This document shows positions 10,468-19,760 of a stretch of 64,000 nt of DNA, in pieces (position 1 is the stretch's first letter; the number at the start of each line of letters is the position of its first letter). Source of the DNA: an uncultured bacterium (GTDB taxonomy: Bacteria; Patescibacteriota; Minisyncoccia; Phycocordibacterales; PALSA-1337). The notes below the pieces were generated by a model. That model saw only the letters and a program-made list of their open reading frames with translations, was not told the origin of the DNA and did no database searches. The position numbers and the translations under genes were made by a program. Location of the stretch: contig CAIMDG010000002.1 in the NCBI GenBank assembly GCA_903839725.1, positions 135,739-199,738 of the forward strand, written 5' to 3'.

Positions 10468-10767
10468 CTATTTAAAGAGAGATGAAATTATATTATGCCC
10501 AGTAAGACTAAGAGAAACATTATTCAATAAAATTAATGCCGCTATGACATAAAAAGTCAAAATTCCAAAAAAGAAATATAGAGAGGCCTTAATTTTTGAA
10601 TTAACAATCTGACCCAAAAAATACATATTAATTGAGGTAACCAGCACAAAATAAATCACCATAACAATAATATAATTTAATACATCGAAGATTGAATAAA
10701 TAAATGAAGTGCCGTAAATAGCACTCCCAATTAGTCCAACGAGATAGTAGCTATAATATTTTCTCAT
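10468..10767 (-). CDS. Small AT-rich membrane protein
   Basis: Three hydrophobic segments; start moved to ATG 10767 to avoid overlap with tmRNA. Confidence 0.5.
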   Translation of the reverse strand: MRKYYSYYLVGLIGSAIYGTSFIYSIFDVLNYIIVMVIYFVLVTSINMYFLGQIVNSKIKASLYFFFGILTFYVIAALILLNNVSLSLTGHNIISSLFK

Positions 10768-10791
10768 GAAATATATTGTAACATTATTCTG

Positions 10792-11180
10792 TGGAGATGC
10801 TGGGAATCGAACCCAGGTGCAATTGATATTCATCGAACGACTCTACAGCGATATCAGACCTTGTTCCACGAAGTGGATTTAATGATTGTGATCCAGAAAG
10901 TCTGAAAAACACACAATCACGATCTCATTCCGCCCGAAGACGGATTCAAGAACTGAAGTGAGAAGCTTCAATCCCCTACATCCAGATTATTACGCCAACA
11001 TCATAGTCAGGATCCCCATGAAGTAACGGCTGTCGTTAAACGAGAGCGAATGCGAAGTCCTTTTGACCAAAATATGGTGAAACGGTTGATTTTGCATTTA
11101 GAATTTCCATCAGATTTACGAGTTAATGGTGCTCGCGCTGCACGAACGAGAATGGTCAACTGTCGAAGCCGATCATCCCC
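10792..11180 (-). ncRNA. ssrA: tmRNA; tag peptide (A)AKSTVSPYFGQKDFAFALV at 11095-11036
   Basis: 5' GGGGATGATCGGCTTCGAC, 3' T-arm CCTGGGTTCGATTCCCAG + CATCTCCA acceptor with G3.U wobble; TAAAT-GCA resume context; adjacent to smpB. Confidence 0.93.
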
Positions 11181-11313
11181 GATTTTCCTTTCCCAGGGAA
11201 AATCGGATCGAAGATTTCTTTCGGCGTAAGCCGAGAGAAATCTGAGACCAGTCCTCCACATGTTATGTGTGAAGAAACATAATTCCCTGAGAAAAAAGTA
11301 AAAAACTCAATTA

Positions 11314-11760
11314 TCAACGATCACTAAACTCCCTTCTCACCGTCCTATCAGTTTCGCGCTTTTTGATACTTTCGCGCTTGTCATGCTGCTTTTTACCACG
11401 CACAACAGCGACAGAGACCTTGAGAAGATTACCCTTATTATATATTGAAATTGGCACTATTGTCAACCCCTTACCTCCTTCAATATCAGCCAAACGCGCA
11501 ATTTCCTTCTTGCCGAGAATGAGTCGGCGATTCCTGCGAGGTTCATAGTCTTTCGGAGTATTATTCTCCTGATACGGAGGTACAAATGTATTTACCACAT
11601 AGGCCTCTCCCCCACGAACGATGACATATGAACCATCGAGTGAGCCCTGACCTTTCTTAATCGACTTTACTTCAAGACCAATCAGCTCAATACCAGCCTC
11701 GATTTTCTCGAGGATTTCGTAGTTGAAATGCGCCTTTTTGTAGTCGATCAATGTGGGCAT
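11314..11760 (-). CDS. smpB: SsrA-binding protein SmpB
   Basis: KKAHFNYEILEKIEAGIEL.G.EVKS...GKKQHDKRE. Confidence 0.97.
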   Translation of the reverse strand: MPTLIDYKKAHFNYEILEKIEAGIELIGLEVKSIKKGQGSLDGSYVIVRGGEAYVVNTFVPPYQENNTPKDYEPRRNRRLILGKKEIARLADIEGGKGLTIVPISIYNKGNLLKVSVAVVRGKKQHDKRESIKKRETDRTVRREFSDR

Positions 11761-11819
11761 GAGAATATCGTACCATATCGACTTTCATATGACGAAGCTA
11801 TATGAGGTATAATAGCCCC

Positions 11820-12899
11820 ATGAATAAAGAAACTTCTTGGCATCTCTACGCCACCAATGAAGAAGCATGGGAAGCGATGCTAAATGATTGCAGAAATGCA
11901 ACAGAGAGTATTTATATCGAGCAATTCATTTTTGTTGCCGATGAACTCGGACAAAAATTCATAGATATTTGTGTTGAACGTGCAGCAGCCGGAGTCAAAG
12001 TAAAATTCTTATGGGATGCTGCTGGCAGTTTTTCATTCTGGGGATCAACTATCGCAGAAGATCTCAAGACAAAAGGTATTGAGCTTATATTCTGGAAGAC
12101 TCTCGTCCCTTCATATACCAAACTCTCCAATTTTCGTTCATGGTACCTTCGTAACCACAGACGCACACTCGTTGTAGATGACAAGATCGCGTACACCGGT
12201 AGTATGTGCATATATAACCCCGTCAAACAGTGGCGTGACACCAACGTTCGCATCGAAGGTAATGCAGTCAGAGAAATGGCGAGTGCTTTTGATCGTATGT
12301 GGGCACGAGCCAAAGATGAAAAACTTCCCGACCGTATCCGTGCTCGAGATACCGAATTTCGCTATCTAACAAACAAGCCACGTCCCGGACAGCGACATAT
12401 TTATAGTCACCTCATCGATACGATTCGAGGCGCTCGAAAATATATTTACATAACCACTCCCTATTTCGTACCAACACATCGTCTATCTCGTGTTATCAAA
12501 CTTGCAGCTCATCGTGGAGTTGATGTGCGTCTCATTTTGCCAGAACGAAGTGATCATTACCCAACACTTGATCTTGCAGCACGATCATATTTCAAAACAT
12601 TACTTGAATCAGGTGTTCGTATATTCCTATACCAAGGAAATATGATTCATAGTAAATCCATCATCGTTGATGGCGAATGGTCTACCGTAGGCTCACTTAA
12701 CCTCGATTATGCCAGTCTGCTCTACAATTTTGAGGCCAATATTGTGACCACAAACGTCAAATTTGCCGAGGAATTATCGGCGCATTTCATTCACGACATG
12801 CATGAATCAAAGGAGGTCAGCCTCACGGAATGGAAAAACCGCTATTTTATCGAGAGAATACCTGAAATACTCATATGGCTCGTGAGGAAGTTCTTGTAA
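11820..12899 (+). CDS. Cardiolipin synthase-like phospholipase D
   Basis: Two PLD motifs (RNHRRTLVVD, IHSKSIIVD), YITTPYFVP, GSLNLD. Confidence 0.88.
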   Translation: MNKETSWHLYATNEEAWEAMLNDCRNATESIYIEQFIFVADELGQKFIDICVERAAAGVKVKFLWDAAGSFSFWGSTIAEDLKTKGIELIFWKTLVPSYTKLSNFRSWYLRNHRRTLVVDDKIAYTGSMCIYNPVKQWRDTNVRIEGNAVREMASAFDRMWARAKDEKLPDRIRARDTEFRYLTNKPRPGQRHIYSHLIDTIRGARKYIYITTPYFVPTHRLSRVIKLAAHRGVDVRLILPERSDHYPTLDLAARSYFKTLLESGVRIFLYQGNMIHSKSIIVDGEWSTVGSLNLDYASLLYNFEANIVTTNVKFAEELSAHFIHDMHESKEVSLTEWKNRYFIERIPEILIWLVRKFL

Positions 12900-12962
12900 G
12901 TCCTGCCTCTTGCGTTCCTACCCCCTTATATGCTATAAATAGCCTCTGTAACCTTCAATTCA

Positions 12963-13472
12963 TTGAGTATTCGAGTCAAAATAAACCATCAAATCAAAGC
13001 TCCCGAACTTCGGGTAATAACCGCTGAAGGTGAAAACCTAGGCGTCATTACTACGGCGGCAGCTATTGCAGAAGCGCAAAAGCGCGGGTTAGACCTCATT
13101 GAGATCTCCCCTACCGCTTTACCGCCTATCGGCAAGATTATGGATTATGGTAAGTACTTGTACGATGAGAAGAAAAAACAGAAAGTTGCCAAAGCAAAGA
13201 CAGTCACCTCTGAACTCAAGATTGTCCAAGTCAAAATAGGCACCGGAGAGCACGATCTCGAACTCAAAGCCAAAAACGTATCCGGATGGATCGCTGAAGG
13301 TAACCGAGTCAAGATAGACCTCTACCTTATCGGACGTTCAAAATATATGGATATGAATTTCCTCAAAGAACGCCTCGATCGCATCATGAAGCTCATCACT
13401 GTTGAATACAAGATAGCTCAAGATGTTGTCAAAGGACCAAAGGGACTCAGTATCGTCATCGAAAAAAAATAA
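12963..13472 (+). CDS. infC: Translation initiation factor IF-3 (non-ATG start, TTG or in-frame ATT)
   Basis: INHQIKAPELRVI...LDLIEISP...KIMDYGKYLY; precedes rpmI-rplT. Confidence 0.95.
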   Translation: MSIRVKINHQIKAPELRVITAEGENLGVITTAAAIAEAQKRGLDLIEISPTALPPIGKIMDYGKYLYDEKKKQKVAKAKTVTSELKIVQVKIGTGEHDLELKAKNVSGWIAEGNRVKIDLYLIGRSKYMDMNFLKERLDRIMKLITVEYKIAQDVVKGPKGLSIVIEKK

Positions 13473-13482
13473 CAAACATTTT

Positions 13483-13674
13483 ATGATTAAAACAAATAAA
13501 TCGTACGCAAAGCGCCTCAAAGTTACCCGTACAGGGAAGATTTTGTCACGCAAGCCAGGTCAGAACCATTTCAATGCAAAGGAGCGCACACGCGCTAGTT
13601 TGAGCAAGCGTCGCATGTCAGTTATCACTCACATGAAAAACAAGGCAAAGAGTCGCTTTTTAGTAAACCTTTAA
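13483..13674 (+). CDS. rpmI: 50S ribosomal protein L35
   Basis: MIKTNKSYAKRLKVTRTGK; between infC and rplT. Confidence 0.93.
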   Translation: MIKTNKSYAKRLKVTRTGKILSRKPGQNHFNAKERTRASLSKRRMSVITHMKNKAKSRFLVNL

Positions 13675-13692
13675 TAATATAGATCAACTACC

Positions 13693-14037
13693 ATGACCCG
13701 TGTAAAGAAAGCAGTAAATGCCCTCAAGAATCGTCGTCGCGTTCTCAAAGCCGCAAAAGGTTATCGTTTTGCACGTTCACGCAAAGAAGCAGCTGCAAAT
13801 GACGCTCTCGCTCACGCAGGAGCATACGCATTCGCACACCGCCGCGACAAGAAAGGTGATCACCGCCGTCTCTGGAATGTAAAGATCAATGCAGCCCTTC
13901 GCCCACTTGGTTTTTCATATAGTAAGTTCATCGGCGCAGCAAAGGCAAAGGGTGTTCTTGTTGATCGTAAGATCATGGCTCACCTCGCAGAATTCAAGCC
14001 TGAATCATTCGCTCGTTTTGTAGCGAAGATCAAATAA
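13693..14037 (+). CDS. rplT: 50S ribosomal protein L20
   Basis: MTRVKK...AKGY...YAFAHRRDKKGDHRRLW. Confidence 0.97.
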   Translation: MTRVKKAVNALKNRRRVLKAAKGYRFARSRKEAAANDALAHAGAYAFAHRRDKKGDHRRLWNVKINAALRPLGFSYSKFIGAAKAKGVLVDRKIMAHLAEFKPESFARFVAKIK

Positions 14038-14050
14038 TTCAAACTTTCAC

Positions 14051-14078
14051 TAAAAAATCCCCTAATGGGGATTTTTTA
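14051..14078. terminator. Bidirectional terminator
   Basis: taaaaaatcccc-taat-ggggatttttta between convergent genes. Confidence 0.8.
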
Positions 14079-14088
14079 TTTATACCAC

Positions 14089-15480
14089 TTATTCCAACTC
14101 ATACCCTTTCAACCGTTCTGGCACTATTGCCTTCACACCCAACTCATTATTTAGACGCTGCGCGAGATGCATCGAAGCCCCAGGCTCACCCATCACAACG
14201 AATACCTGCTTTAGACGATCTGTACCAGTTGAAACAAATTCAACGAGGTGATCACCGTCTTTGTGTGCTGAATATCCATACAAGGTTTCAATCTTTGCTT
14301 TAACCTTAATTTCTTGACCATGAATAGTCACCTTCTTTGCACCATCAGCAAGCTTACGTCCGAGAGAACTAACTGACTGATATCCAACCAAAAGGATCGT
14401 ACTATTCGCATCAGGAAGATACTGGGCTTCATGACTTACGATACGACCACCGACAGACATACCAGAACCTGCGAGAATAATCTTTGCGCCTTTAACACGA
14501 TCAATAACCCCAGCTTCATTGCGTGACATGGTGTAATCAAGATTCTTGAATGAAAAGATATCATCCCCTTTCTTGATCTGTTGTTGTACCGCATCATTGA
14601 ACAAGAATGTACTCTCGCGATATATCTGAGTAGCGTTGATAGCCATTGGTGAATCGACGAAGACTGGCACTGAAGGAATTTTCTTCTGCTCAACCATATT
14701 ATTCAACTCATAGAGCAATACTTGTGTACGATCGATAGAAAAGGCAGGAATGACAAGCGTACCATTTCGAGCAATAGTATCTTTGATAACTTTCATGAAT
14801 TGATTGGTTCGTTCTTCACGGTCTTCATGATTACGATCACCGTACACACTTTCCATAATCATATAATCAACATCACCAACAGCTTCGGTGTCGCGCAAAA
14901 GTGGTGCGGGTGAATTGCCCAAGTCTCCTGTAAAAAGAATTTTTGTCTTATTCGCAGTATTCGCATTCATTTGTTGATTCGTAGTGATGCTAACTTCTAC
15001 CATCGCAGAACCAAGAATATGACCTGCGTCTTTCAAGAATACAGAAACATCATCAGTGACATTGAATGCGGTATGATATTCGATTGTCTTCCACAAAGGA
15101 AGTACATTCTCGACATCAGGGAGACCATACATAGGATCAATTCCCTCTTGCTGTGCCTCAGTGGCAATAATGTTAACCGCATCTTTCATAACAATTTCCG
15201 CAAGCTCTTTTGTCTGTGGTGTTGAATAGATAGGACCTGAATACCCTTCTTTGACGAGCTTGGCAATACGACCAACATGGTCAAGATGCGCATGAGTAAT
15301 GATCAACGCTGATATCTTTGAAATGTCATATGAGAATGATTCGTAATTCAATTCTGAGGCAGTGCGTTCACCTTGAACCATTCCACAGTCAATCAGTATC
15401 TTACTTCCAGCATCTGTTTCCAAAAGAAAATTGGCACCAGTGACTGTTCCAACTCCTGTGCAGCATGTAAGTGTATTCAT
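14089..15480 (-). CDS. Beta-CASP metallo-beta-lactamase-fold RNase
   Basis: THAHLDH, AGHILGS, MESVYG, SAHKD motifs. Confidence 0.92.
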   Translation of the reverse strand: MNTLTCCTGVGTVTGANFLLETDAGSKILIDCGMVQGERTASELNYESFSYDISKISALIITHAHLDHVGRIAKLVKEGYSGPIYSTPQTKELAEIVMKDAVNIIATEAQQEGIDPMYGLPDVENVLPLWKTIEYHTAFNVTDDVSVFLKDAGHILGSAMVEVSITTNQQMNANTANKTKILFTGDLGNSPAPLLRDTEAVGDVDYMIMESVYGDRNHEDREERTNQFMKVIKDTIARNGTLVIPAFSIDRTQVLLYELNNMVEQKKIPSVPVFVDSPMAINATQIYRESTFLFNDAVQQQIKKGDDIFSFKNLDYTMSRNEAGVIDRVKGAKIILAGSGMSVGGRIVSHEAQYLPDANSTILLVGYQSVSSLGRKLADGAKKVTIHGQEIKVKAKIETLYGYSAHKDGDHLVEFVSTGTDRLKQVFVVMGEPGASMHLAQRLNNELGVKAIVPERLKGYELE

Positions 15481-15489
15481 GTATAAAAA

Positions 15490-15852
15490 CTATTTTCTAA
15501 TAAACAAAAAGGCAACAATACTTCCACCAATAATATCGTCAATCAGATCTTTTGTAGTATCTATATAATAGGCTTTGGTACCAACTGGAGCTCCAGCAAT
15601 ACCAAAATATGCTTCAAATAATTCCCAACAAACACCGACAATCAAAACACCTAACACAACATTTCGTCTATGTAACATGTGGGGCATAAATGAAGAGATG
15701 AGGGCAGAAACAAATAGTCCGATCGTTATACCACCGAGGATATGCATATAGATATCATATTGGAATACCGTGTAGTAGAAACCATCAAGTCCGGCCATAT
15801 GAGCAAGAAGCACTACTACTGCTGCAACCAAAGTATATAGATACATTTTCAT
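15490..15852 (-). CDS. Membrane protein (VanZ/DUF2238-like)
   Basis: YDIYMHILGG...WELFE...DTTKDLIDDIIG. Confidence 0.65.
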   Translation of the reverse strand: MKMYLYTLVAAVVVLLAHMAGLDGFYYTVFQYDIYMHILGGITIGLFVSALISSFMPHMLHRRNVVLGVLIVGVCWELFEAYFGIAGAPVGTKAYYIDTTKDLIDDIIGGSIVAFLFIRK

Positions 15853-15891
15853 TGCTACATTATACGTGAAGAGGTGCAATAAGACCAAAGA

Positions 15892-16019
15892 CAATCACCC
15901 CAGACAACACGGCCCCCTGAAGACTCCGTTACGAACGAGTATAAATGCCTAAAGAATCACATAATGAAACGATATCCCGCTGGGAAGTCTTCAGGGGGCC
16001 GTGTTGTCTGGGGTGATTG
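15892..16019 (+). repeat. Family A element, copy 1 (34-bp perfect IR around conserved core)
   Basis: Arms 15892-15925 / 15986-16019; core CGTTACG-N13-GCCTAAAG-N16-GATATCCCGCTGGG. Confidence 0.92.
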
Positions 16020-16037
16020 AAAACCGAACAGACAGAA

Positions 16038-16163
16038 AGGCAGAGAGGAATATGGGCGTGGTGGGAGACTGCCCGGAGGGATATCGTCTTTTCATTTTGT
16101 ACTTTAGGCACAACTCCTCGTACGTAACGACGTCTCCAACCACGCCCATATTCCTCTCCGCCT
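16038..16163 (-). repeat. Family A element, copy 2 (32-bp IR, 2 mismatches; core reversed)
   Basis: Arms 16038-16069 / 16132-16163; minus-strand core CGTTACG-N13-GCCTAAAG-N16-GATATCCCTCCGGG. Confidence 0.88.
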
Positions 16164-16174
16164 GAAAAATGTGG

Positions 16175-16208
16175 AAACAAAAAACACCTCAATGAGATGT
16201 GTTTTGTT
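16175..16208 (-). terminator. Terminator downstream of the candidate 6S-like RNA
   Basis: Minus strand aaacacatctc-att-gaggtgtttttt. Confidence 0.65.
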
Positions 16209-16325
16209 GGTTGCAAGAGTAATGTACCTGGTAGTCCAGGTGGGTGATCTCACACAGAGCACCAAGGTGCCTGCGAATTTGATCTCCCTAAAAATGTGTT
16301 TTGTAGGATTTTACTCCTGCAGCCT
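16209..16325 (-). ncRNA. Candidate 6S-like (ssrS) RNA
   Basis: Own promoter and terminator, no ORF; closing stem GGCTGCAGGAGTAA/TTACTCTTGCAACC, A-rich central bubble, internal stem, hairpin in 3' bubble. Confidence 0.6.
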
Positions 16326-16331
16326 GAATAT

Positions 16332-16360
16332 ATTATATGCCTCGAAAAAAAGGAGTACAA
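16332..16360 (-). promoter_or_regulatory. Sigma70 promoter of candidate 6S-like RNA
   Basis: TTGTAC (16360-16355)-17 bp-TATAAT (16337-16332). Confidence 0.7.
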
Positions 16361-16425
16361 GAGCACAACATAGTTGCGACACTTTTCTTGATTTCGAGCA
16401 AAGTTGACAATGGAACGATATAGCG

Positions 16426-17037
16426 CTAGTTGCCGAGGATCTCACTTAGATCAGTACCGTAGGTAATATGATCCATGAATAAATTGTAATCAAACAATTC
16501 TTCTTTTTTGAACCAATGAGCAATTTCATCTTTAGCTTCTGTGACTGAACCAGATGCATGCACCAAATTACGAACCGCACGCTTGTCACCATCACTCAGT
16601 GAATATGAATCGAGCACGAAGTCCCCGCGAATCGTACCAACATCAGAGGTGAGAGGTTCAGTTCCCCCAGTAAGCTTACGAACAATCTGAACAGCGTGAG
16701 CACCTTCCCAGACCATGACAACGATAGGTCCCTTGGTCATATAACTAATCAAATTTTTTAATACTTTTGCAGTGATTTCGAGCGGATCAGTGATAGGTGG
16801 AACAAGACCTTTGTCCTGATACCCTTTGATGGTCTTGAGACCTGTCTTCATGCGCCATTCTGGATCAAGTGTGTAGTGTTTTTCAATCAATTCCTCGGTC
16901 GGTATCATCATCTTCACGCCAACCAATTTGAGACCGACACGTTCATAACGCCCAACGATTTCGCCAATAAGTGCGCGCTGGATACCGTCTGGTTTAACGA
17001 TGATGAGTGTGCGTTCTTTCTTGGCTTGTTTATGCAT
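16426..17037 (-). CDS. ndk: Nucleoside diphosphate kinase
   Basis: ERTLIIVKPDG...GTIRGD...NLVHAS. Confidence 0.95.
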   Translation of the reverse strand: MHKQAKKERTLIIVKPDGIQRALIGEIVGRYERVGLKLVGVKMMIPTEELIEKHYTLDPEWRMKTGLKTIKGYQDKGLVPPITDPLEITAKVLKNLISYMTKGPIVVMVWEGAHAVQIVRKLTGGTEPLTSDVGTIRGDFVLDSYSLSDGDKRAVRNLVHASGSVTEAKDEIAHWFKKEELFDYNLFMDHITYGTDLSEILGN

Positions 17038-17153
17038 GAAGGTGAATTAGTAGATTAGAGTAATGTACATATATTACTTCAAAGTGGTAGGAATTACTAA
17101 TATATGTAAAAACCGCCACAACTGAATGTGGCGGTTGAATCTGAATGCCCATG

Positions 17154-18137
17154 TTACGCCGTAACAACTGACCCACCACGCTTTAACGCGGGAACATATG
17201 GAAGCTCATACACATCGTGTTCTTTGGCGAATACGACACGAGTTCCAAGGCCGGTGAGCGACTGCGTAATATCACCCTCAAACTTGAAAAGATCCTCATC
17301 AGGACGTTTGGGATCGTGATGGCCGATCAATGTCAAACGAGGTGCGTCATTCATGAGCTGATACGTCTGCTGAAGCATTGACGGAGTCGAGTGGCCCCAA
17401 TTCTTGCGCGACAGAGTCGTGTTACCAGGACCAATGGACTGAACGCCTTGATATTCGACGTCACGATATTGAACATCGAGATATGCAATTGCCGATTCTT
17501 TGATGAAGTCAGCTGTCGTTTCGCGAATATCGCCATTCGACAATTCATTGTCGGTAGCGATGACAATATCACCGCCCGGAGTCGAGATACGATATCCGAC
17601 AGAACCTCCGGCATGATTGAGGAGTATCGTTTTGACCCCGCCCATGATCGGAATCGTTTCGCCCGGATTGAATGAAATGAACGGGTGTTCAATTCTGAAC
17701 ATGCTCGGAGATACAGGCCAATACGGTGGTGCAAATAATTGTTTCATCACACCCGCGATTTCAAATTGACCGAGCTTCGGGCCGTATATTCCCTTCACCA
17801 CACTTTTGCGTAAAAGAAAGGAGTTTGTGACGAGACCGGCAATGTGGTCGAGATGATAATGCGTTTGGAAGATGAAGACCTGATTTACATCCTGCGCCTT
17901 CAACCATTCGCTCACCTGGCCAACGCCCGTGCCATTATCCACGATGATACCCGTAGAACCGACAATAATACCAATTGATGTGGTATGTGACCCAAATATT
18001 TGACGCGAGAACGGACGATTTACCACACGAGGTGTGTCATATTCCCGTAAATAACGCTCGCTACAAACAACACTGGAACCTGTTACTCCGCCCAGATATA
18101 GGCGGACCATTTTTTGATCGGGATGTTTAGTTTTCAT
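17154..18137 (-). CDS. MBL-fold metallohydrolase (RNase Z/cyclic phosphodiesterase-like)
   Basis: THYHLDH, HAGGSVGY, TDNE, WGHS, HHDP. Confidence 0.85.
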   Translation of the reverse strand: MKTKHPDQKMVRLYLGGVTGSSVVCSERYLREYDTPRVVNRPFSRQIFGSHTTSIGIIVGSTGIIVDNGTGVGQVSEWLKAQDVNQVFIFQTHYHLDHIAGLVTNSFLLRKSVVKGIYGPKLGQFEIAGVMKQLFAPPYWPVSPSMFRIEHPFISFNPGETIPIMGGVKTILLNHAGGSVGYRISTPGGDIVIATDNELSNGDIRETTADFIKESAIAYLDVQYRDVEYQGVQSIGPGNTTLSRKNWGHSTPSMLQQTYQLMNDAPRLTLIGHHDPKRPDEDLFKFEGDITQSLTGLGTRVVFAKEHDVYELPYVPALKRGGSVVTA

Positions 18138-18245
18138 ATGTCCAAATACTTGCTCATTTCTACCCTAAATTATGAGGAATGACAAGTACCTTTCTGATAT
18201 AACAGAATGTGTTCAGCATTCATAATACAATAGATTTTATCGAAA

Positions 18246-19013
18246 CTATGCCGTCAAAATCTCTGCTCCACTCTTGGTAATGAGCACGGTATGTTCAAAA
18301 TGCGCACTTGGTTTACCGTCAGCAGTGCGATAGGTGTATCCGTCTTTATCGAGTTTTATTTTCTTAGTTCCAATATTGAACATAGGTTCAATAGCAATGA
18401 CCATCCCAGGTTTCAATGTCTCCCCTATTCCCGGATCCCCATAATTTGGTACATATGGATCTTCATGAACTTCATACCCAACACCGTGACCAGCCAAATC
18501 TTCGACAATGCCATATTTGTTGGCAACACCAACACGTTCGATTGCACTACTGATGTCACCAACTCGACGACCACCTTTGGCCGCCTTTATTCCTGCTATG
18601 AGAGCTTCTTTGGTAATAACTAGTAACTTGGTGCATTCAGGAGAAATATTCCCAACAGGAACTGTAATAGCCGCATCAGTGATCATGCCTTTGTGAACCA
18701 AACCGAGATCAAGACTGACGATATCGCCCTCTTTCAATTCACGGTCATTTTCATTTGGAATACCATGAACAATCTCGTCATTAACCGAAACACAGAGAGC
18801 TGCAGGATACGGACGTTTTGCTCCATATGGCTGATAATTCAAGAATGCTGCTGTATCACCACCTTCGGCGATCAATTGCATGGCGCGGTCATTGAGTTCA
18901 CCAGTACGAACTCCCGGACGAGTCATGAGGGCCAATTCTTTGAGAATAGCTGCATGGCGCTTACCTCCTTCACGGAGAATAGCGATATCTTCCTTTTTCT
19001 TAATTCGAATCAT
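18246..19013 (-). CDS. map: Methionine aminopeptidase type I
   Basis: SVNDEIVHGIP, GHGVG..HEDP, AIEPM, SAHFEHT. Confidence 0.97.
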   Translation of the reverse strand: MIRIKKKEDIAILREGGKRHAAILKELALMTRPGVRTGELNDRAMQLIAEGGDTAAFLNYQPYGAKRPYPAALCVSVNDEIVHGIPNENDRELKEGDIVSLDLGLVHKGMITDAAITVPVGNISPECTKLLVITKEALIAGIKAAKGGRRVGDISSAIERVGVANKYGIVEDLAGHGVGYEVHEDPYVPNYGDPGIGETLKPGMVIAIEPMFNIGTKKIKLDKDGYTYRTADGKPSAHFEHTVLITKSGAEILTA

Positions 19014-19022
19014 AGTAAAACA

Positions 19023-19628
19023 CTACTCCAAACCGAGCTTTTTCACAATGTCGGCATGAATGTCTTCAATCGAACGTTCACCATCAATATCCAAGAAATT
19101 CACATTCGGGTTCGTACGATAATATTCTATACTTGGCACAATATCAGCTTCGTAGGCCTTGCGTCTAACCTCAACCTGATCTTTACCATCATCTGGACGA
19201 CCACTTGAACGTGCTCGAATAGAAAGACGACTACTTGCCTCCTCATGCTCCACGTCGAGATATATGACCCAAGGTTTCTCGAGACCATAAAATGGAAAGA
19301 GTGATTCGAGCATCTGTGCCTCCATAAGTTTTCGTGGTGTTCCATCAAAAACGAGATATTCTGAACCAGTATATTTCTGAGCAATCAATCTGCCCCATAA
19401 ATAGACACACATAAATTCTGGCATAAGACGACCACTATCGATAGTTTTCTTGGTTAACGCTGCGGTATATGATGATTCTTGTGTGTACGAACGGAATTCT
19501 TGACCGGTCTGAATATACAGAGATGTTCTCGTTGTATCAATCTTCTTCAAAGCCTCTATGAGCAATGTTGATTGTGTACCCTTGCCTGACCCGTAACGGC
19601 CCATGAATATAAATGATTGAGGTTTCAT
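19023..19628 (-). CDS. adk: Adenylate kinase family protein
   Basis: GRYGSGKGTQ P-loop, DGTPR; position upstream of map. Confidence 0.85.
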   Translation of the reverse strand: MKPQSFIFMGRYGSGKGTQSTLLIEALKKIDTTRTSLYIQTGQEFRSYTQESSYTAALTKKTIDSGRLMPEFMCVYLWGRLIAQKYTGSEYLVFDGTPRKLMEAQMLESLFPFYGLEKPWVIYLDVEHEEASSRLSIRARSSGRPDDGKDQVEVRRKAYEADIVPSIEYYRTNPNVNFLDIDGERSIEDIHADIVKKLGLE

Positions 19629-19760
19629 GGGACTAGTGTACCCTGTCAGCGTAAAAAAACCAAATAATTTCAAAATTCTATCTCAATAACCTTTTCAAGA
19701 CATAATTTGAACAAAACAAAACCCCATCGCTCGCGAGCGATGGGGTGAATCAAACTGAAA

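Noticed and set aside
10791-10830. tRNA gene
   Set aside because: It is the tRNA-like 3' end of tmRNA
15929-16407. ORFs 15929-16216 and 16171-16407
   Set aside because: They overlap repeat elements and the candidate ncRNA and show no protein-like features
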